From an uncultured Fidelibacterota bacterium (lineage in GTDB: Bacteria; Fidelibacterota; Marinisomatia; Marinisomatales; TCS55): 64,000 nt of DNA. The translations under genes were made by a program, and so were the position numbers. Each line of letters starts with the position of its first letter. Position 1 is the stretch's first letter. This document shows positions 1 through 10,312 of the stretch, one piece after another. The notes below the pieces were generated by a model. It made no database searches and was not told where the DNA came from. It worked only from the letters and a program-made list of their open reading frames with translations. The stretch is from NCBI GenBank assembly GCA_913049685.1, contig CAJWZD010000002.1, positions 2,694-66,693 of the forward strand. Reading direction: 5' to 3'.

Positions 1-1
1 A

Positions 2-76
2 TCGACAGGCGATATAATTATACTTGCTGCTTTTGGCGCAGGTTTCACTTGGGCATCCGCAGCAATTCGATGGTAG
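2..76 (+). CDS. fabH: 3-oxoacyl-ACP synthase III, C-terminal fragment (truncated by window start)
   Basis: Frame +2 reads STGDIIILAAFGAGFTWASAAIRW-stop, the typical FabH C-terminus. Confidence 0.85.
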   Translation, partial: STGDIIILAAFGAGFTWASAAIRW

Positions 77-105
77 TAAAGTAAAAATGAATATGAGCTT
101 CATTA

Positions 106-543
106 ATGATTAATATTCAGTATGAAATTGATCCAAATATTGATACGCCAAGCGAAAAAATTTCTACCGAAATAATTTCATCAGTTCTAATGGAGGAAGG
201 AAAGACGTTAGCAGAAATTCTAGTAATCTTTACTTCAGATGAAATCTTATCAGACCTCAAAAAAGAATTTTTCAATCAAGAGCACTTAACCGATGTCATA
301 TCATTTCGAATGAATGATTATATTGAAGAAAAAGTTGAAGGAGAAATCTATATTAGTATACCCCAAGTAGAAAGAAACGCCAGGAAGTTTGATCAAAGCT
401 TTTCTAGGGAGCTGTCAAGAATTATTATTCATGGGAGTCTTCATTTATTAAATTATGACGACTCTACGCTCGATTCTAAAAATGCAATGACAGAAAAAGA
501 AAACTATTTTTTGAAAAAAACCAATTGGAAAAATTTAGTATGA
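106..543 (+). CDS. ybeY: rRNA maturation endoribonuclease YbeY
   Basis: TDVISF, GEIYIS and HGSLHLLNYDD metal-binding motif; 145 aa. Confidence 0.92.
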   Translation: MINIQYEIDPNIDTPSEKISTEIISSVLMEEGKTLAEILVIFTSDEILSDLKKEFFNQEHLTDVISFRMNDYIEEKVEGEIYISIPQVERNARKFDQSFSRELSRIIIHGSLHLLNYDDSTLDSKNAMTEKENYFLKKTNWKNLV

Positions 544-1316
544 GTCAAACCGATAATAAATTTGGAGAACTAGTTGAAATTATATCAAGGCTTAGATCGC
601 CAGGCGGCTGTCCATGGGACATTGAGCAGACTAGCAGATCATTAATACCTTTTTTTATTGAAGAGGTCTATGAAGTTATTGAGGCAATAGATAATGAAGA
701 TTGGACTGCGGTAAAAGAAGAGCTGGGTGACGTAATGCTACACTTGATTTTTCAGGCACTTATTGCTGAAGAGCAAAATAAATTCAACATTAAAGATTCA
801 ATAGATACTGTTAGCAAAAAACTTGTTAAAAGACATCCTCATGTTTTCGATAAGGAAGTAGCCAGAACTTCTTTTCGCGCTAATCAGAATTGGGAGACTG
901 AAAAACATAAAGAAAAGAAGAGAAAATCAAGAATTGATGGCGTCCCTTCAGCATTACCATCGATAATTCAAGCACAAAGATTACAGCAAAAGGCTAGTTA
1001 CGTTGGTTTTGATTGGGAAGATTCAAAGGATGTATGGAATAAAATAAATGAAGAGCTAGAGGAATTAAAAATTGCTGAAAAAAATGGAGATATAAATCAT
1101 ATTGAAAGTGAGCTGGGTGATGTTATTTTTTCACTTGTAAACCTTGCTCGCTTCTTAGATATCTCTGCGGAAAATGCACTCCGACAAACAAACGGTAAAT
1201 TCAAAAATAGGTTTAGATATATTGAAAGCAAAATTAAGGAAAAAGGCAAGAAGTTTGAAGAGGCTGAACTAAATGAGTTAGAAAAATATTGGAAAGAAGC
1301 AAAAGGAAAAGAATGA
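540..1316 (+). CDS. mazG: Nucleoside triphosphate pyrophosphohydrolase MazG (tandem domains)
   Basis: LRSPGGCPWD, EEVYEV, EELGD, KLVKRHPHVF, GFDW, ELGDVIF; start set at the ATG overlapping the ybeY stop (ATGA). Confidence 0.95.
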   Translation: MSQTDNKFGELVEIISRLRSPGGCPWDIEQTSRSLIPFFIEEVYEVIEAIDNEDWTAVKEELGDVMLHLIFQALIAEEQNKFNIKDSIDTVSKKLVKRHPHVFDKEVARTSFRANQNWETEKHKEKKRKSRIDGVPSALPSIIQAQRLQQKASYVGFDWEDSKDVWNKINEELEELKIAEKNGDINHIESELGDVIFSLVNLARFLDISAENALRQTNGKFKNRFRYIESKIKEKGKKFEEAELNELEKYWKEAKGKE

Positions 1317-2725
1317 AAGCATTGCATTCAATAGCTGTAATCATAATCCTTATATCTACTACTTTTAGCCAGCAAAACAAAGATGACTGGCCAAATTTAA
1401 ATCGATATCAAAGCGATAACGAGAACGTAAAAAAAGGAAAGAAAAAAAGTCCTAGGGTAGTTTTTATTGGTAATTCAATAACAGAAGGATGGGATTGGCA
1501 CTATCCAGAATTTTTCAACAAAAACAAAAATTATATTAATAGAGGTATAAGCGGCCAAACAACTCCACAAATGCTAGTACGCTTCAGGCAGGATGTTGTT
1601 GATCTTAAACCAGACATTGTAGTTATTTTAGCAGGGATAAACGATATCGCAGAAAATACCGGACCATCAACAGTTAAATCCATTACAGATAATATTATAT
1701 CTATGTCAGAGATTGCAGTAGCCAATAATATTAAAGTGATTTTGTCATCAATTTTACCTGCTAGTGATTTCCCGTGGAGACCAGAAATTGAGCCTCCGTA
1801 TAAAATTTTAAAAATAAACAGCATTTTACAAACCTATGCGCTTAAAAATGATATGATTTATTTAGATTATTTTTCTGAGATGTTTGACGGTAAAGATGGT
1901 TTAATTAAAGAATATGGTGCTGACTCGGTTCACCCTAACAAATCAGGATATTTAATAATGTCACGACTTGTGAAAAAAGCCATTCACAAAGCTTTAACAT
2001 TCACCGAAGATTCAAATGAATTAAACCTTTATAGCAAAGCAAACTGGATAAGTCCAAGTGGAGATAGGTTGGCTTATAGATATCGTAAGCCAGAAAATTT
2101 TAAACCGAATAAAAAATACCCGCTACTTTTATTTCTTCATGGATCTGGTGGCAGAGGTAGTGATAATGAACAGCAGCTATGGGATGCAAATAGCATTGGA
2201 GCTTTCGCGAAACAAAAGATATCATCAAAATACCAAACCTATATTTTTGCTCCACAAGTTCCAAAGGGGGAGCGGTGGGTTTCTACAAATTGGAATACTG
2301 AAAAATACAGCATAATCCCTATTTCTCAATCCATGAGACAAACATTTGAAGCTTTAGACTCCTTTATCGATAAAAATCAAAACGTAGATAAAAATAGAAT
2401 TTATGTTTTGGGAATGTCAATGGGGGGATGGGGCGCCTGGGATGCAATTTCCAGAAGGCCAAATTATTTTGCAGCAGCAGTTCCTATTTGCGGAGGTGGA
2501 GATCCTGATCAAGCTGTTAATTTAAAAAATGTGAATATTTGGGCATGGCATGGCAAAGAAGATACCGTAATAGATATTTCAAAATCGCAGCAAATGGTAA
2601 GTGCTGTAAAAAAGCAAAAAGGTGATATTAGATTTACTGAATTGAAAACAAGAGGTCATGATTCGTGGTTAGATGTTTGGAATAGTAAAGAATTATGGAA
2701 ATGGTTATATAATCAAAGGAAATAA
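1313..2725 (+). CDS. Secreted SGNH/GDSL hydrolase fused to an alpha/beta-hydrolase esterase
   Basis: Signal peptide; SGNH blocks GNSIT, NRGISG, AGIND, DSVHP; then LHGSG, GMSMGG, HGKED, GHDSW; ATG overlaps the mazG stop. Confidence 0.85.
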   Translation: MKALHSIAVIIILISTTFSQQNKDDWPNLNRYQSDNENVKKGKKKSPRVVFIGNSITEGWDWHYPEFFNKNKNYINRGISGQTTPQMLVRFRQDVVDLKPDIVVILAGINDIAENTGPSTVKSITDNIISMSEIAVANNIKVILSSILPASDFPWRPEIEPPYKILKINSILQTYALKNDMIYLDYFSEMFDGKDGLIKEYGADSVHPNKSGYLIMSRLVKKAIHKALTFTEDSNELNLYSKANWISPSGDRLAYRYRKPENFKPNKKYPLLLFLHGSGGRGSDNEQQLWDANSIGAFAKQKISSKYQTYIFAPQVPKGERWVSTNWNTEKYSIIPISQSMRQTFEALDSFIDKNQNVDKNRIYVLGMSMGGWGAWDAISRRPNYFAAAVPICGGGDPDQAVNLKNVNIWAWHGKEDTVIDISKSQQMVSAVKKQKGDIRFTELKTRGHDSWLDVWNSKELWKWLYNQRK

Positions 2726-2731
2726 TATTTA

Positions 2732-3739
2732 ATGGAAAAAGTATTAGTTACAGGCGGGTCTGGCTACATTGGTCTTCATTGCATTTCACTACTTCTAAGG
2801 GAGGGTTATGCTGTTCGAACATCATTGCGCTCTATGAAGAGAAAAAAAGAAATACAAGAAGCACTTTCAGGTTCAATAAAAAATAATGAAAGATTGGAGT
2901 TTTGCGAGCTTGACCTGATGCGAGATGATGGTTGGGATGCGGCAGTAAAAGGATGTGATTATGTTTTGCACGTAGCATCACCAGTCTATGAAAAAAATAT
3001 GCAAGATGAAAATTCTTTTATTCAGCCTGCAAAAGAAGGACTTCTTCGAGCATTAAAACCATCTGTAAAGTATAAAATAAAACGTTTTGTTATGACATCA
3101 TCAATTGCAGCAATTACCCAAGGCCATGAAGATAAAGAAATTGATGAGAGTTTTTGGTCAGTGATTGATGAAAATACACTACCCTACATAAAGAGCAAAA
3201 CCTACGCTGAAAAAGCGATGTGGGACTATATGAACCAAATCGAGAAAACTAAAAAAATAGAATTATGTACAATTAATCCTTCATTCGTTTTTGGACCCTC
3301 TCTTACATATGATATGGGTGCATCAAACTTACTAATTAGAGCATTATTAGTAGGTAAGCTTCCAGCATTAGCAAAGATTCAATTTAATGTAGTTAATGTG
3401 CTTGATGTAGCAAAAGCGCATGTGTTAGCGATAAAATCAGATAGTGCAGCAGGCCAAAGGTTCATTGTATCTGAAAAAGCGTTATGGCTTTCTGATATTG
3501 CAAAAATTTTAAAAAATAATGGCTTTAAAAAAGTACCTACAATTGTAGCTCCTAATTTTTTATTAGGCTTCCTTTCATTCTTTCTTAAAGATATTGCTTT
3601 ATTTAAAGATAGGTTAGGCAAAAGTCAGATCACAAAATCAGACAATGCTAAAAAATTACTTGAATGGAAACCGGGTTTTGTTGAAGATGCAATTATTGAT
3701 ACAGCAAAAAAATATAAAGAAACCAGAAAAATAAGTTAA
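2732..3739 (+). CDS. NAD(P)-dependent epimerase/dehydratase, aldehyde reductase/dihydroflavonol-reductase-like extended SDR
   Basis: VLVTGGSGYIG, VLHVASP, TSSIAA, YIKSK (YxxxK). Confidence 0.88.
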   Translation: MEKVLVTGGSGYIGLHCISLLLREGYAVRTSLRSMKRKKEIQEALSGSIKNNERLEFCELDLMRDDGWDAAVKGCDYVLHVASPVYEKNMQDENSFIQPAKEGLLRALKPSVKYKIKRFVMTSSIAAITQGHEDKEIDESFWSVIDENTLPYIKSKTYAEKAMWDYMNQIEKTKKIELCTINPSFVFGPSLTYDMGASNLLIRALLVGKLPALAKIQFNVVNVLDVAKAHVLAIKSDSAAGQRFIVSEKALWLSDIAKILKNNGFKKVPTIVAPNFLLGFLSFFLKDIALFKDRLGKSQITKSDNAKKLLEWKPGFVEDAIIDTAKKYKETRKIS

Positions 3740-3764
3740 GGAAAAATAATCCTAACAAGTTATC

Positions 3765-5015
3765 TTATGTTTTGCGTTCCTTCTTTCTAGCAGCTGGGAA
3801 GAGAATATTGTTTAGAATTAATCGGTATCCTGGTGAGTTTCTGTGAAAAGATAGATCTGTTTGTGGATCACCAACAAAGTGCTGATAATCTTCAGGGTCA
3901 TGACCACCTAAAAAAGTAAATGTACCTTGACCATGATTTCCGTTTAGGTATTTTACTTGAGGGGTGGTTGCATCTTCGCCCATAATTAATATATGTTTTT
4001 TGATTTTTTCACGATCAAATCCTGTTGTTTGACCCATAAATCCTTTTATGACGCCTACATGGTTTTGGGTCAACATTGTTGGAACTGGGTCATATTTTGC
4101 TGAGAACTCAAATAGGGAGAAATAATCAGCCTCAGCCCCCCTCACCACAACATTATTACTTGGAGGGTAGTCGATATTTGAATATTCGTAAACCATAGGG
4201 TCTGTAATTATTTCAAAATTATCAAACGCCATCGAATTATTATAATTGATCTTACTTTTCAATTTTTTATCTACTGGAGTCCCATCATACACTGAATGAG
4301 CGGCATCCACACCAACTGTAGCTAGAGCTATATCAAAAGAATCTGTTGCAGAACACATTGCAAATAAAAAACCTCCGCTAGAAACATAATCCTTAATGAT
4401 TTGAGCTAGTGCCTTTTTCTGTTCAGGAACTGAACTAAACCCAAGTCTACTAGCCAAAGATTCAAACTGTTTTTTCTGCTCTACATACCATGATGCTGTA
4501 TGATAGTTCTTATAAAACTTGCCATATTGACCTGTAAAGTCTTCATGGTGTAAGTGAAGCCAGTCATAGTTAGATAATTCACCATTAAAAACTTCTTCAT
4601 CCCAAAGCGTTTCATATGGAACCTCAGCGTAAGTTAAAGCGAGAGTTACTGCATCATCCCAAGGTTGTTTATTAGGAGGAGAATAAATTGCTATCTTTGG
4701 TGTTTTTTCCAAGAGGACTATATCCATATTATTCATTGCTACATCATTGTATATTGATAACATTTTCTCAGATTCAACCACTTCATAACTAACCCCTCTC
4801 AGGCGGCATTCCTGTTCAATTCTTTCATAGTAATCTGTAATAAATGATCCACCTCGATAGTTTAATACCCACTCCACGTTTATTTGCTCGCCAATTATCC
4901 AAAATGCTGCTCCATAAGCTTTTAGATGATCATTTTGATTTTCATCCATAGGTATTAATATTTTTTGGGAAAAACAAAACTGCAAAAAGAATAAGGTCGT
5001 AATAATCGTTTTCAT
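3765..5015 (-). CDS. Conserved exported protein with a class I glutamine-amidotransferase-like fold (family often mislabelled asparagine synthetase B)
   Basis: Signal peptide from MKTIITT; HLKAYG, QPWDDAVT, WLHLHHEDFTGQYGKF, GGFLFAMCSATD, GGHDPEDY, SPGYRLILNN. Confidence 0.7.
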   Translation of the reverse strand: MKTIITTLFFLQFCFSQKILIPMDENQNDHLKAYGAAFWIIGEQINVEWVLNYRGGSFITDYYERIEQECRLRGVSYEVVESEKMLSIYNDVAMNNMDIVLLEKTPKIAIYSPPNKQPWDDAVTLALTYAEVPYETLWDEEVFNGELSNYDWLHLHHEDFTGQYGKFYKNYHTASWYVEQKKQFESLASRLGFSSVPEQKKALAQIIKDYVSSGGFLFAMCSATDSFDIALATVGVDAAHSVYDGTPVDKKLKSKINYNNSMAFDNFEIITDPMVYEYSNIDYPPSNNVVVRGAEADYFSLFEFSAKYDPVPTMLTQNHVGVIKGFMGQTTGFDREKIKKHILIMGEDATTPQVKYLNGNHGQGTFTFLGGHDPEDYQHFVGDPQTDLSFHRNSPGYRLILNNILFPAARKKERKT

Positions 5016-5016
5016 A

Positions 5017-6885
5017 TTAACTCTCCCTGGGCTTAGAAATTCTGCGAACATGCAAGCGCACCGGGTCAGCAAGTAGCGATGAAGAGCATTCAGATAGCAC
5101 TCTATGATAATATTTAAGTGCGTTCTCGTTATTACTTAAATAATTTTCCTCAATTTCTGCAGCTAAGGTAAGACCTCTGTCTTTTAAGCTGGTTTCTTCA
5201 ATAGCGAGCGCATATTGAATTGACTTTTCATATTGCATCAAATCGATCGATATAAATGCCAATCGAAGAGTTACTATTGGATAGATCAAAGAGTCAGAAT
5301 AGTTGAGTCTTATCATTTCCAATACTTCAACAGCCTCTTTAATTTTATATTCATTGATCAAGCTTTCAGCATTAAAGAATGCTTTAAAAGCAGACTTATC
5401 GTCTTTAGTACCATCAACATAATAATTTGCAATTAGATCGTGCAATTCAAAAAGGTCATTGAAATATTTATGATTTGTATCAACATTTAAAATTATTTCA
5501 TCCAAATATGTCATTGCAGAATCTATTTCAAGCCCATAGAGCAGACTATTAACATATTCGATAGTCCTTATATTTATCTTTTCATTTTGTTCTGGCCTAA
5601 AATAACTTTTTGCTTCTCCATACTTCCCATCGTAAATATATAGCTTTCCAATATCCGAATGAATCAACTCTCTTAATTGAGAGCTTGGGTTAGTATTTAA
5701 AGCTGTCTCATATGACGATTTTGCACCTACAAAATCTCGCATGATTCTTGACTGTATTTGCGCTAATCTATAATGTACCGTCGCTGTTGTTCGATTGTTC
5801 GGAAGCAAAGCTAATAGAGACTGATAGTGCTCCAAGCTATTTGCCAAAGGAGCGTTATTTATATCAGGTGCGTAAATAAAATGATTACTAAAAAAGTGAT
5901 TTTCAGGAAACCATTTTACGAACTTTAAATTCGACTGTTTTTTTATTATTTGATCTTCGTAGGATTTTCCGAGTCCTAATAAAATTTTTCCAACAACTTG
6001 AGGATTTGATTGATCTAAATTCTCAAGCATATAATGATGGGACTTAATTGACAAATCAAATTGACCTTCTTTTCGTAGGTTGTCAGCAAAAATAAGCCAT
6101 TTATCAGAATCCTTTTTATTTTGAAAACCTAATAATTTGTATTGTTCTAGCGCATATTCAAAATTTCCTATTTTATAATAAAATCCGCCTAAGACTTCTC
6201 TCATGGTTTCGTTGATGTCTATATTAGCATTCAATGTAGAATCGATTAGTGAATGAGATGAAATATCATCACTCATTAGTAGTATCCTATCAGTTGCATA
6301 ACGAAGATATTGTTTTTGATGGCGAATAAGAATCATTAATTCTTGAAGAGATCTTTCGTAAGACTGCCTTGATTGATAGTAGCTTGCAAGGTCAATAGCT
6401 AAAAAATATGGCTCATTAAACTCTTTTCTACCTTTTTCTGATAGAAATTCCATCGATTCTGTTTGACCAAATTTGACATATGTATGAAAAAGCAGTCGAT
6501 ACATGGTTTTATTCGATAATTTGTTATCTCTAAAATCATCCCAAATCTCATTAGCTTTTGTCTTTTCTTGGTTTTTAAAATAAAATTCACCTAGGGATAA
6601 CATTGTCTGGTAGTCTGTGGGGTTATATAGTAACCACTGATTAATTAATTCAATTCCAGATTCTATATTATTGTTTTTACTATAAATATTTTTTAATTGA
6701 AAAAATGATGGTTGATGACTTGGTTGATTATTCAAAATCCTTTTATAAATATCTTCCGATTTTAAAATATTCCCTGACCGCTCATAGCGCATTGCTTGTA
6801 AAAATAAAGATTGATTTTTATCGTCAATACTTTCTTGACTATAGATAATAGTGTAAAATAAAAATATCGTTGTAAAAATTCGCAT
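5017..6885 (-). CDS. Exported tetratricopeptide-repeat protein
   Basis: Signal peptide and many TPR-like helical pairs (LGEFYFK, LGGFYYKIGNFEYALEQY). Confidence 0.75.
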   Translation of the reverse strand: MRIFTTIFLFYTIIYSQESIDDKNQSLFLQAMRYERSGNILKSEDIYKRILNNQPSHQPSFFQLKNIYSKNNNIESGIELINQWLLYNPTDYQTMLSLGEFYFKNQEKTKANEIWDDFRDNKLSNKTMYRLLFHTYVKFGQTESMEFLSEKGRKEFNEPYFLAIDLASYYQSRQSYERSLQELMILIRHQKQYLRYATDRILLMSDDISSHSLIDSTLNANIDINETMREVLGGFYYKIGNFEYALEQYKLLGFQNKKDSDKWLIFADNLRKEGQFDLSIKSHHYMLENLDQSNPQVVGKILLGLGKSYEDQIIKKQSNLKFVKWFPENHFFSNHFIYAPDINNAPLANSLEHYQSLLALLPNNRTTATVHYRLAQIQSRIMRDFVGAKSSYETALNTNPSSQLRELIHSDIGKLYIYDGKYGEAKSYFRPEQNEKINIRTIEYVNSLLYGLEIDSAMTYLDEIILNVDTNHKYFNDLFELHDLIANYYVDGTKDDKSAFKAFFNAESLINEYKIKEAVEVLEMIRLNYSDSLIYPIVTLRLAFISIDLMQYEKSIQYALAIEETSLKDRGLTLAAEIEENYLSNNENALKYYHRVLSECSSSLLADPVRLHVRRISKPRES

Positions 6886-6893
6886 CAAAATTG

Positions 6894-9800
6894 CTAATTA
6901 TTTCCCAGTGTATCAGAAACAGAGTATGCTTCCAAAGTATTCAATGAATTGAAATATTTTTGAATCATTCCTTGATACTCTCGTGAGTAACCTGCGCTCA
7001 GAGCCTCATCCATCGCATTCATTATAATTGATTTTCTTTGTCCTAAGTCACTAGGTAGTCCTTTAGGTGCTGCGCTGGAAACTTGAGATGCAGTTTTTGA
7101 TTTTCTTTCATCTTTAACACCTCTTTGTGTCATTGATTTTTGACTATTTAACATCCTACTTAATATTTTCTGCTGTCTATCATTTGTTTTTTTATCATAA
7201 ATATTTTTAGTGAGCTCATTTAAAACTTCATCAATTTCAGATGAAATACCATTTAGGTCGCCAAGTCCTTGTTTGCCTGATTTGCTTATTTCATTCATTA
7301 CTTGTTTAAGAGAATTCTGAATATCTCGTTGCTGTCCGAGCATTCTGCTAATAATTGATGCTTTAAGTGAAGGCGCCATTTGACCAAGCGCTAGTTGCAT
7401 ACCTTGATCATTTACACTTTTTTGCATAGCAGACATATTTTTCATTTGCTTTAAAAATTCCTCGTATCCAGATGCAGATCCACCCTCATTCATACTATTG
7501 ATTGTTTGAATAATTGATTTTACGCTTTTATTTAAAGCAGTCATAGCCTGAGTTTGATTGTTTAATGAGCCTTTACTGTTTCTTTCTGCGAGCTTTGTTT
7601 TTGAAGTATTCATCTGGGCGTTCGCTTGGCCAAGCGATTGTCCCATATCTGATGTAACAAGAAACGTTTCTTTTGAAAGATCCATGGTTTTTTTCATTGT
7701 CTTAACAAGCTGATCTTGCAAAAGTTGCTGCTCTGATGCTAAATCATTTTTTCGTGGAGAGTTTGGGGGAATATTTTCTGCTTCAGCTCTTAGAAGTTCT
7801 TGTGATTTAGAAATTGATAGAAGATCGCGTAAAATAAACCTGAATTTCTTAGCCATTTCTCTAGAAGCTTGTTTTTGAAAATTAGAAGAAATTTGGTTCA
7901 TTGATGATTCCATTGACTGCATAGACTGCATACCTGAGTAACTTGCATCCATTGCCTGGAAGGGTTTTTGATTATCAAGATTTTTCACAGTCTCTTTAAG
8001 ATGTTTTTTAGTTAAATCAGTACTATTGCTCTCAGCAAGATTTTCGAGCTCCTGAGCAGTCTTTCTGCTAACCTTTTTAATCCCGTTTATCGAATTTTTC
8101 ATTTCATCAATTATGTTTGAAAGTTCTTTGTTGTTAATTTTTTGCTCTTGCGAAAGTCTTTTGAAAACCGAGGGATCGGTTTGTTTGTTTATTGATCGAA
8201 TTTGTTGATCTAGATTATCCTGGTTTTTTACAAGCTGTTCAATGCGTTTTCTTATTTCATCTATTTTTTGCTCTACTTTAATTCGTTGAAATATATCAAG
8301 AAATCTATCCAGCTCTTGTTCAATATTGTTAAGGTTATTTGAAATATCCTCAAGAGCGCTAAGCATCTCGTTAACATCCAGATCTTCAAGCGCTTCTCTT
8401 ATGTCATCTATATCATCAAACATTTCGGGTGGGAAAATTTCCTTGATAAGCTTCTGTAAATCCTCAAACTTTTCAGTAATTCCTTCAGAGAATAAATCGT
8501 GTTTTTTGCTTTGACTATTCAAAGCAGAAAGTTTTTCGTTAAGCTTTTGAAAGCTAGAAATTTGTTTATCAATTTCTCGAAGTGTTTCTTTTGTTTTTTG
8601 TTGTTGCTCCCAGCTAGGGTCATCTGTTTTCAAAAGTTCAAGCCTTGCTTCTTTTATTTTATTATTTAGTTTTTTAATAGCGGATAGTTCTTTTTCTGCG
8701 TCGTTTAAAATTTCATCTTCACTATTTTCAAAGGATGCAAAAAGCTCATTCAATGATGGTATTCTAGCAATGAAGGTGCTTGAAACCTCTTTTTTAGGTC
8801 CAGTTAGTGGGTCATTATCATACAGCTCAAAATGAAAATGAATTTCATCATCTGGCATAAGAGCTAAATCACCAACATTCCAATTTGTTGAAATCTCCTG
8901 CTCGTTTTCATTTAAATCGGGAATAGCAATATTAAACATTGAAATTTTTGGTTCTGCGTCAATGTATTCTGGCCTATGTATTTCATATGCAAGTTGTAGC
9001 TTTGTAAAACCAAAGTCATCTTTAATATCCATTCTAATTGGTATTGTTTGTTCTCCTCCAATTTCAATTATCGGAGCTGGTTTCAATATTGACATTTTAG
9101 GATTTAAATCAGGTATGGCTTTTAAATGAAATGGTATTGGATTGCGGTTTGATATTCCCCTCTCATCTTTAAGACTGATGAAGAATTTACCCTCTTTTTC
9201 CATGATAAATCTAAAATCCGCTTTATCATTTCTGGTTGACATTTTAAGCTTATCTTCGTTTAAAATCAGTGAAGCGTTTTCAAGTCTTTTGTTGGAACGA
9301 AGCGCTACATAAATCTCAGACCCTATTATCGCCTGAATTTCAGATTGATTTGCTTTCTGCTGCCTCGAAGGTAGCTTAGTATATTTCGGCGAACTTATTG
9401 TAAATGTTACATCGCTTATTGATGGTCTGTCTGTTACAGATATAGAATATGATTTGGTTGTTATTTCATTCCAGGGGTTCCAAAATTTATCTGATAAAAC
9501 ATATGCACGGTATCGATAGTTTTGATAGACATTATCTAGACTAGCTTTATAAACCCCATCATCATTGTAAGCAGCTTTTAAAATCAAACTATCTTCATTT
9601 TCATTAAATGCTAATGGTTTGAACTCAACAGTAATTGAGTCAGGTCTATTGGATGTAGATGAAAATTCGACAATTGCGCTTTCACCACCTAAAATACCAA
9701 TATATTTAGATTCACTTGTTATTTCAAATGGAACAGGTGGTAAAAACTTTGTGTTAGTATGGGCTAACCTATAAAGCGAAGAAACAGAATGATTCCAGGT

Positions 9801-10304
9801 AAAGGCAATGGATAAAACAGTTGTTAGTAGAATAAATAGTGTAAATTTTTTCCAAAAAACTATTCTAGCAATTGGAAGCAATGGTTTTTGATCGACATCA
9901 ACTATTTGAGATTGAACTTTATCAATGAATGATTTTTGAAGTTCAAGAGATCCAGTTTGATTTTTGGAATTTTCTAACTGAAAAGCGTTAAGGATCATAT
10001 CTTTTCTATTAAAAGAATATTCTCCGATATTTAATGCGATTGTTGATAATTTATATTTTTTTATAACATTATTATGAGCTATTAAAATATAAATTAAATA
10101 AACTAAAATAATTGATGAAGCTGCAAAAATCGTTGAGAATAAAATCTTTTGTCTAGTTTCTAGCGAAAAGTAGAATACATTTTCAAGCATTAAAACAGCT
10201 AAGAAAAGAGCAACGAAAAGTGCATATATTTTCCAAAAAAATAAATTTATCTTTGAAAGTAAAACTTTTTTTCGAATGTTTTTTAGATAATTTGAAATAG
10301 TCAT
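6894..10304 (-). CDS. Large membrane-anchored coiled-coil protein (DUF4175-like)
   Basis: N-terminal TM helices, Ig-like beta region (DDFGF, ELYDND), long Q/E/K/M-rich coiled coil, terminal YQGMIQKYF. Confidence 0.75.
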   Translation of the reverse strand: MTISNYLKNIRKKVLLSKINLFFWKIYALFVALFLAVLMLENVFYFSLETRQKILFSTIFAASSIILVYLIYILIAHNNVIKKYKLSTIALNIGEYSFNRKDMILNAFQLENSKNQTGSLELQKSFIDKVQSQIVDVDQKPLLPIARIVFWKKFTLFILLTTVLSIAFTWNHSVSSLYRLAHTNTKFLPPVPFEITSESKYIGILGGESAIVEFSSTSNRPDSITVEFKPLAFNENEDSLILKAAYNDDGVYKASLDNVYQNYRYRAYVLSDKFWNPWNEITTKSYSISVTDRPSISDVTFTISSPKYTKLPSRQQKANQSEIQAIIGSEIYVALRSNKRLENASLILNEDKLKMSTRNDKADFRFIMEKEGKFFISLKDERGISNRNPIPFHLKAIPDLNPKMSILKPAPIIEIGGEQTIPIRMDIKDDFGFTKLQLAYEIHRPEYIDAEPKISMFNIAIPDLNENEQEISTNWNVGDLALMPDDEIHFHFELYDNDPLTGPKKEVSSTFIARIPSLNELFASFENSEDEILNDAEKELSAIKKLNNKIKEARLELLKTDDPSWEQQQKTKETLREIDKQISSFQKLNEKLSALNSQSKKHDLFSEGITEKFEDLQKLIKEIFPPEMFDDIDDIREALEDLDVNEMLSALEDISNNLNNIEQELDRFLDIFQRIKVEQKIDEIRKRIEQLVKNQDNLDQQIRSINKQTDPSVFKRLSQEQKINNKELSNIIDEMKNSINGIKKVSRKTAQELENLAESNSTDLTKKHLKETVKNLDNQKPFQAMDASYSGMQSMQSMESSMNQISSNFQKQASREMAKKFRFILRDLLSISKSQELLRAEAENIPPNSPRKNDLASEQQLLQDQLVKTMKKTMDLSKETFLVTSDMGQSLGQANAQMNTSKTKLAERNSKGSLNNQTQAMTALNKSVKSIIQTINSMNEGGSASGYEEFLKQMKNMSAMQKSVNDQGMQLALGQMAPSLKASIISRMLGQQRDIQNSLKQVMNEISKSGKQGLGDLNGISSEIDEVLNELTKNIYDKKTNDRQQKILSRMLNSQKSMTQRGVKDERKSKTASQVSSAAPKGLPSDLGQRKSIIMNAMDEALSAGYSREYQGMIQKYFNSLNTLEAYSVSDTLGNN

Positions 10305-10312
10305 TATGAATT

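Noticed and set aside
430..462. YbeY third zinc His replaced by Asp (HGSLHLLNYDD), suggesting inactivation
   Set aside because: An Asp at this position is a variant I recall from FCB-group YbeY; the ORF is otherwise intact
540..1316. MazG as part of a toxin-antitoxin or anti-phage module
   Set aside because: Ordinary tandem-domain housekeeping MazG next to ybeY; no mazEF or defence neighbours
5016..5072. Longer N-terminal extensions given by the ORF track (also 525, 1289, 15847, 49187, 53400)
   Set aside because: Most overlap upstream genes; downstream ATGs give proper signal peptides, family N-termini or stop/start coupling
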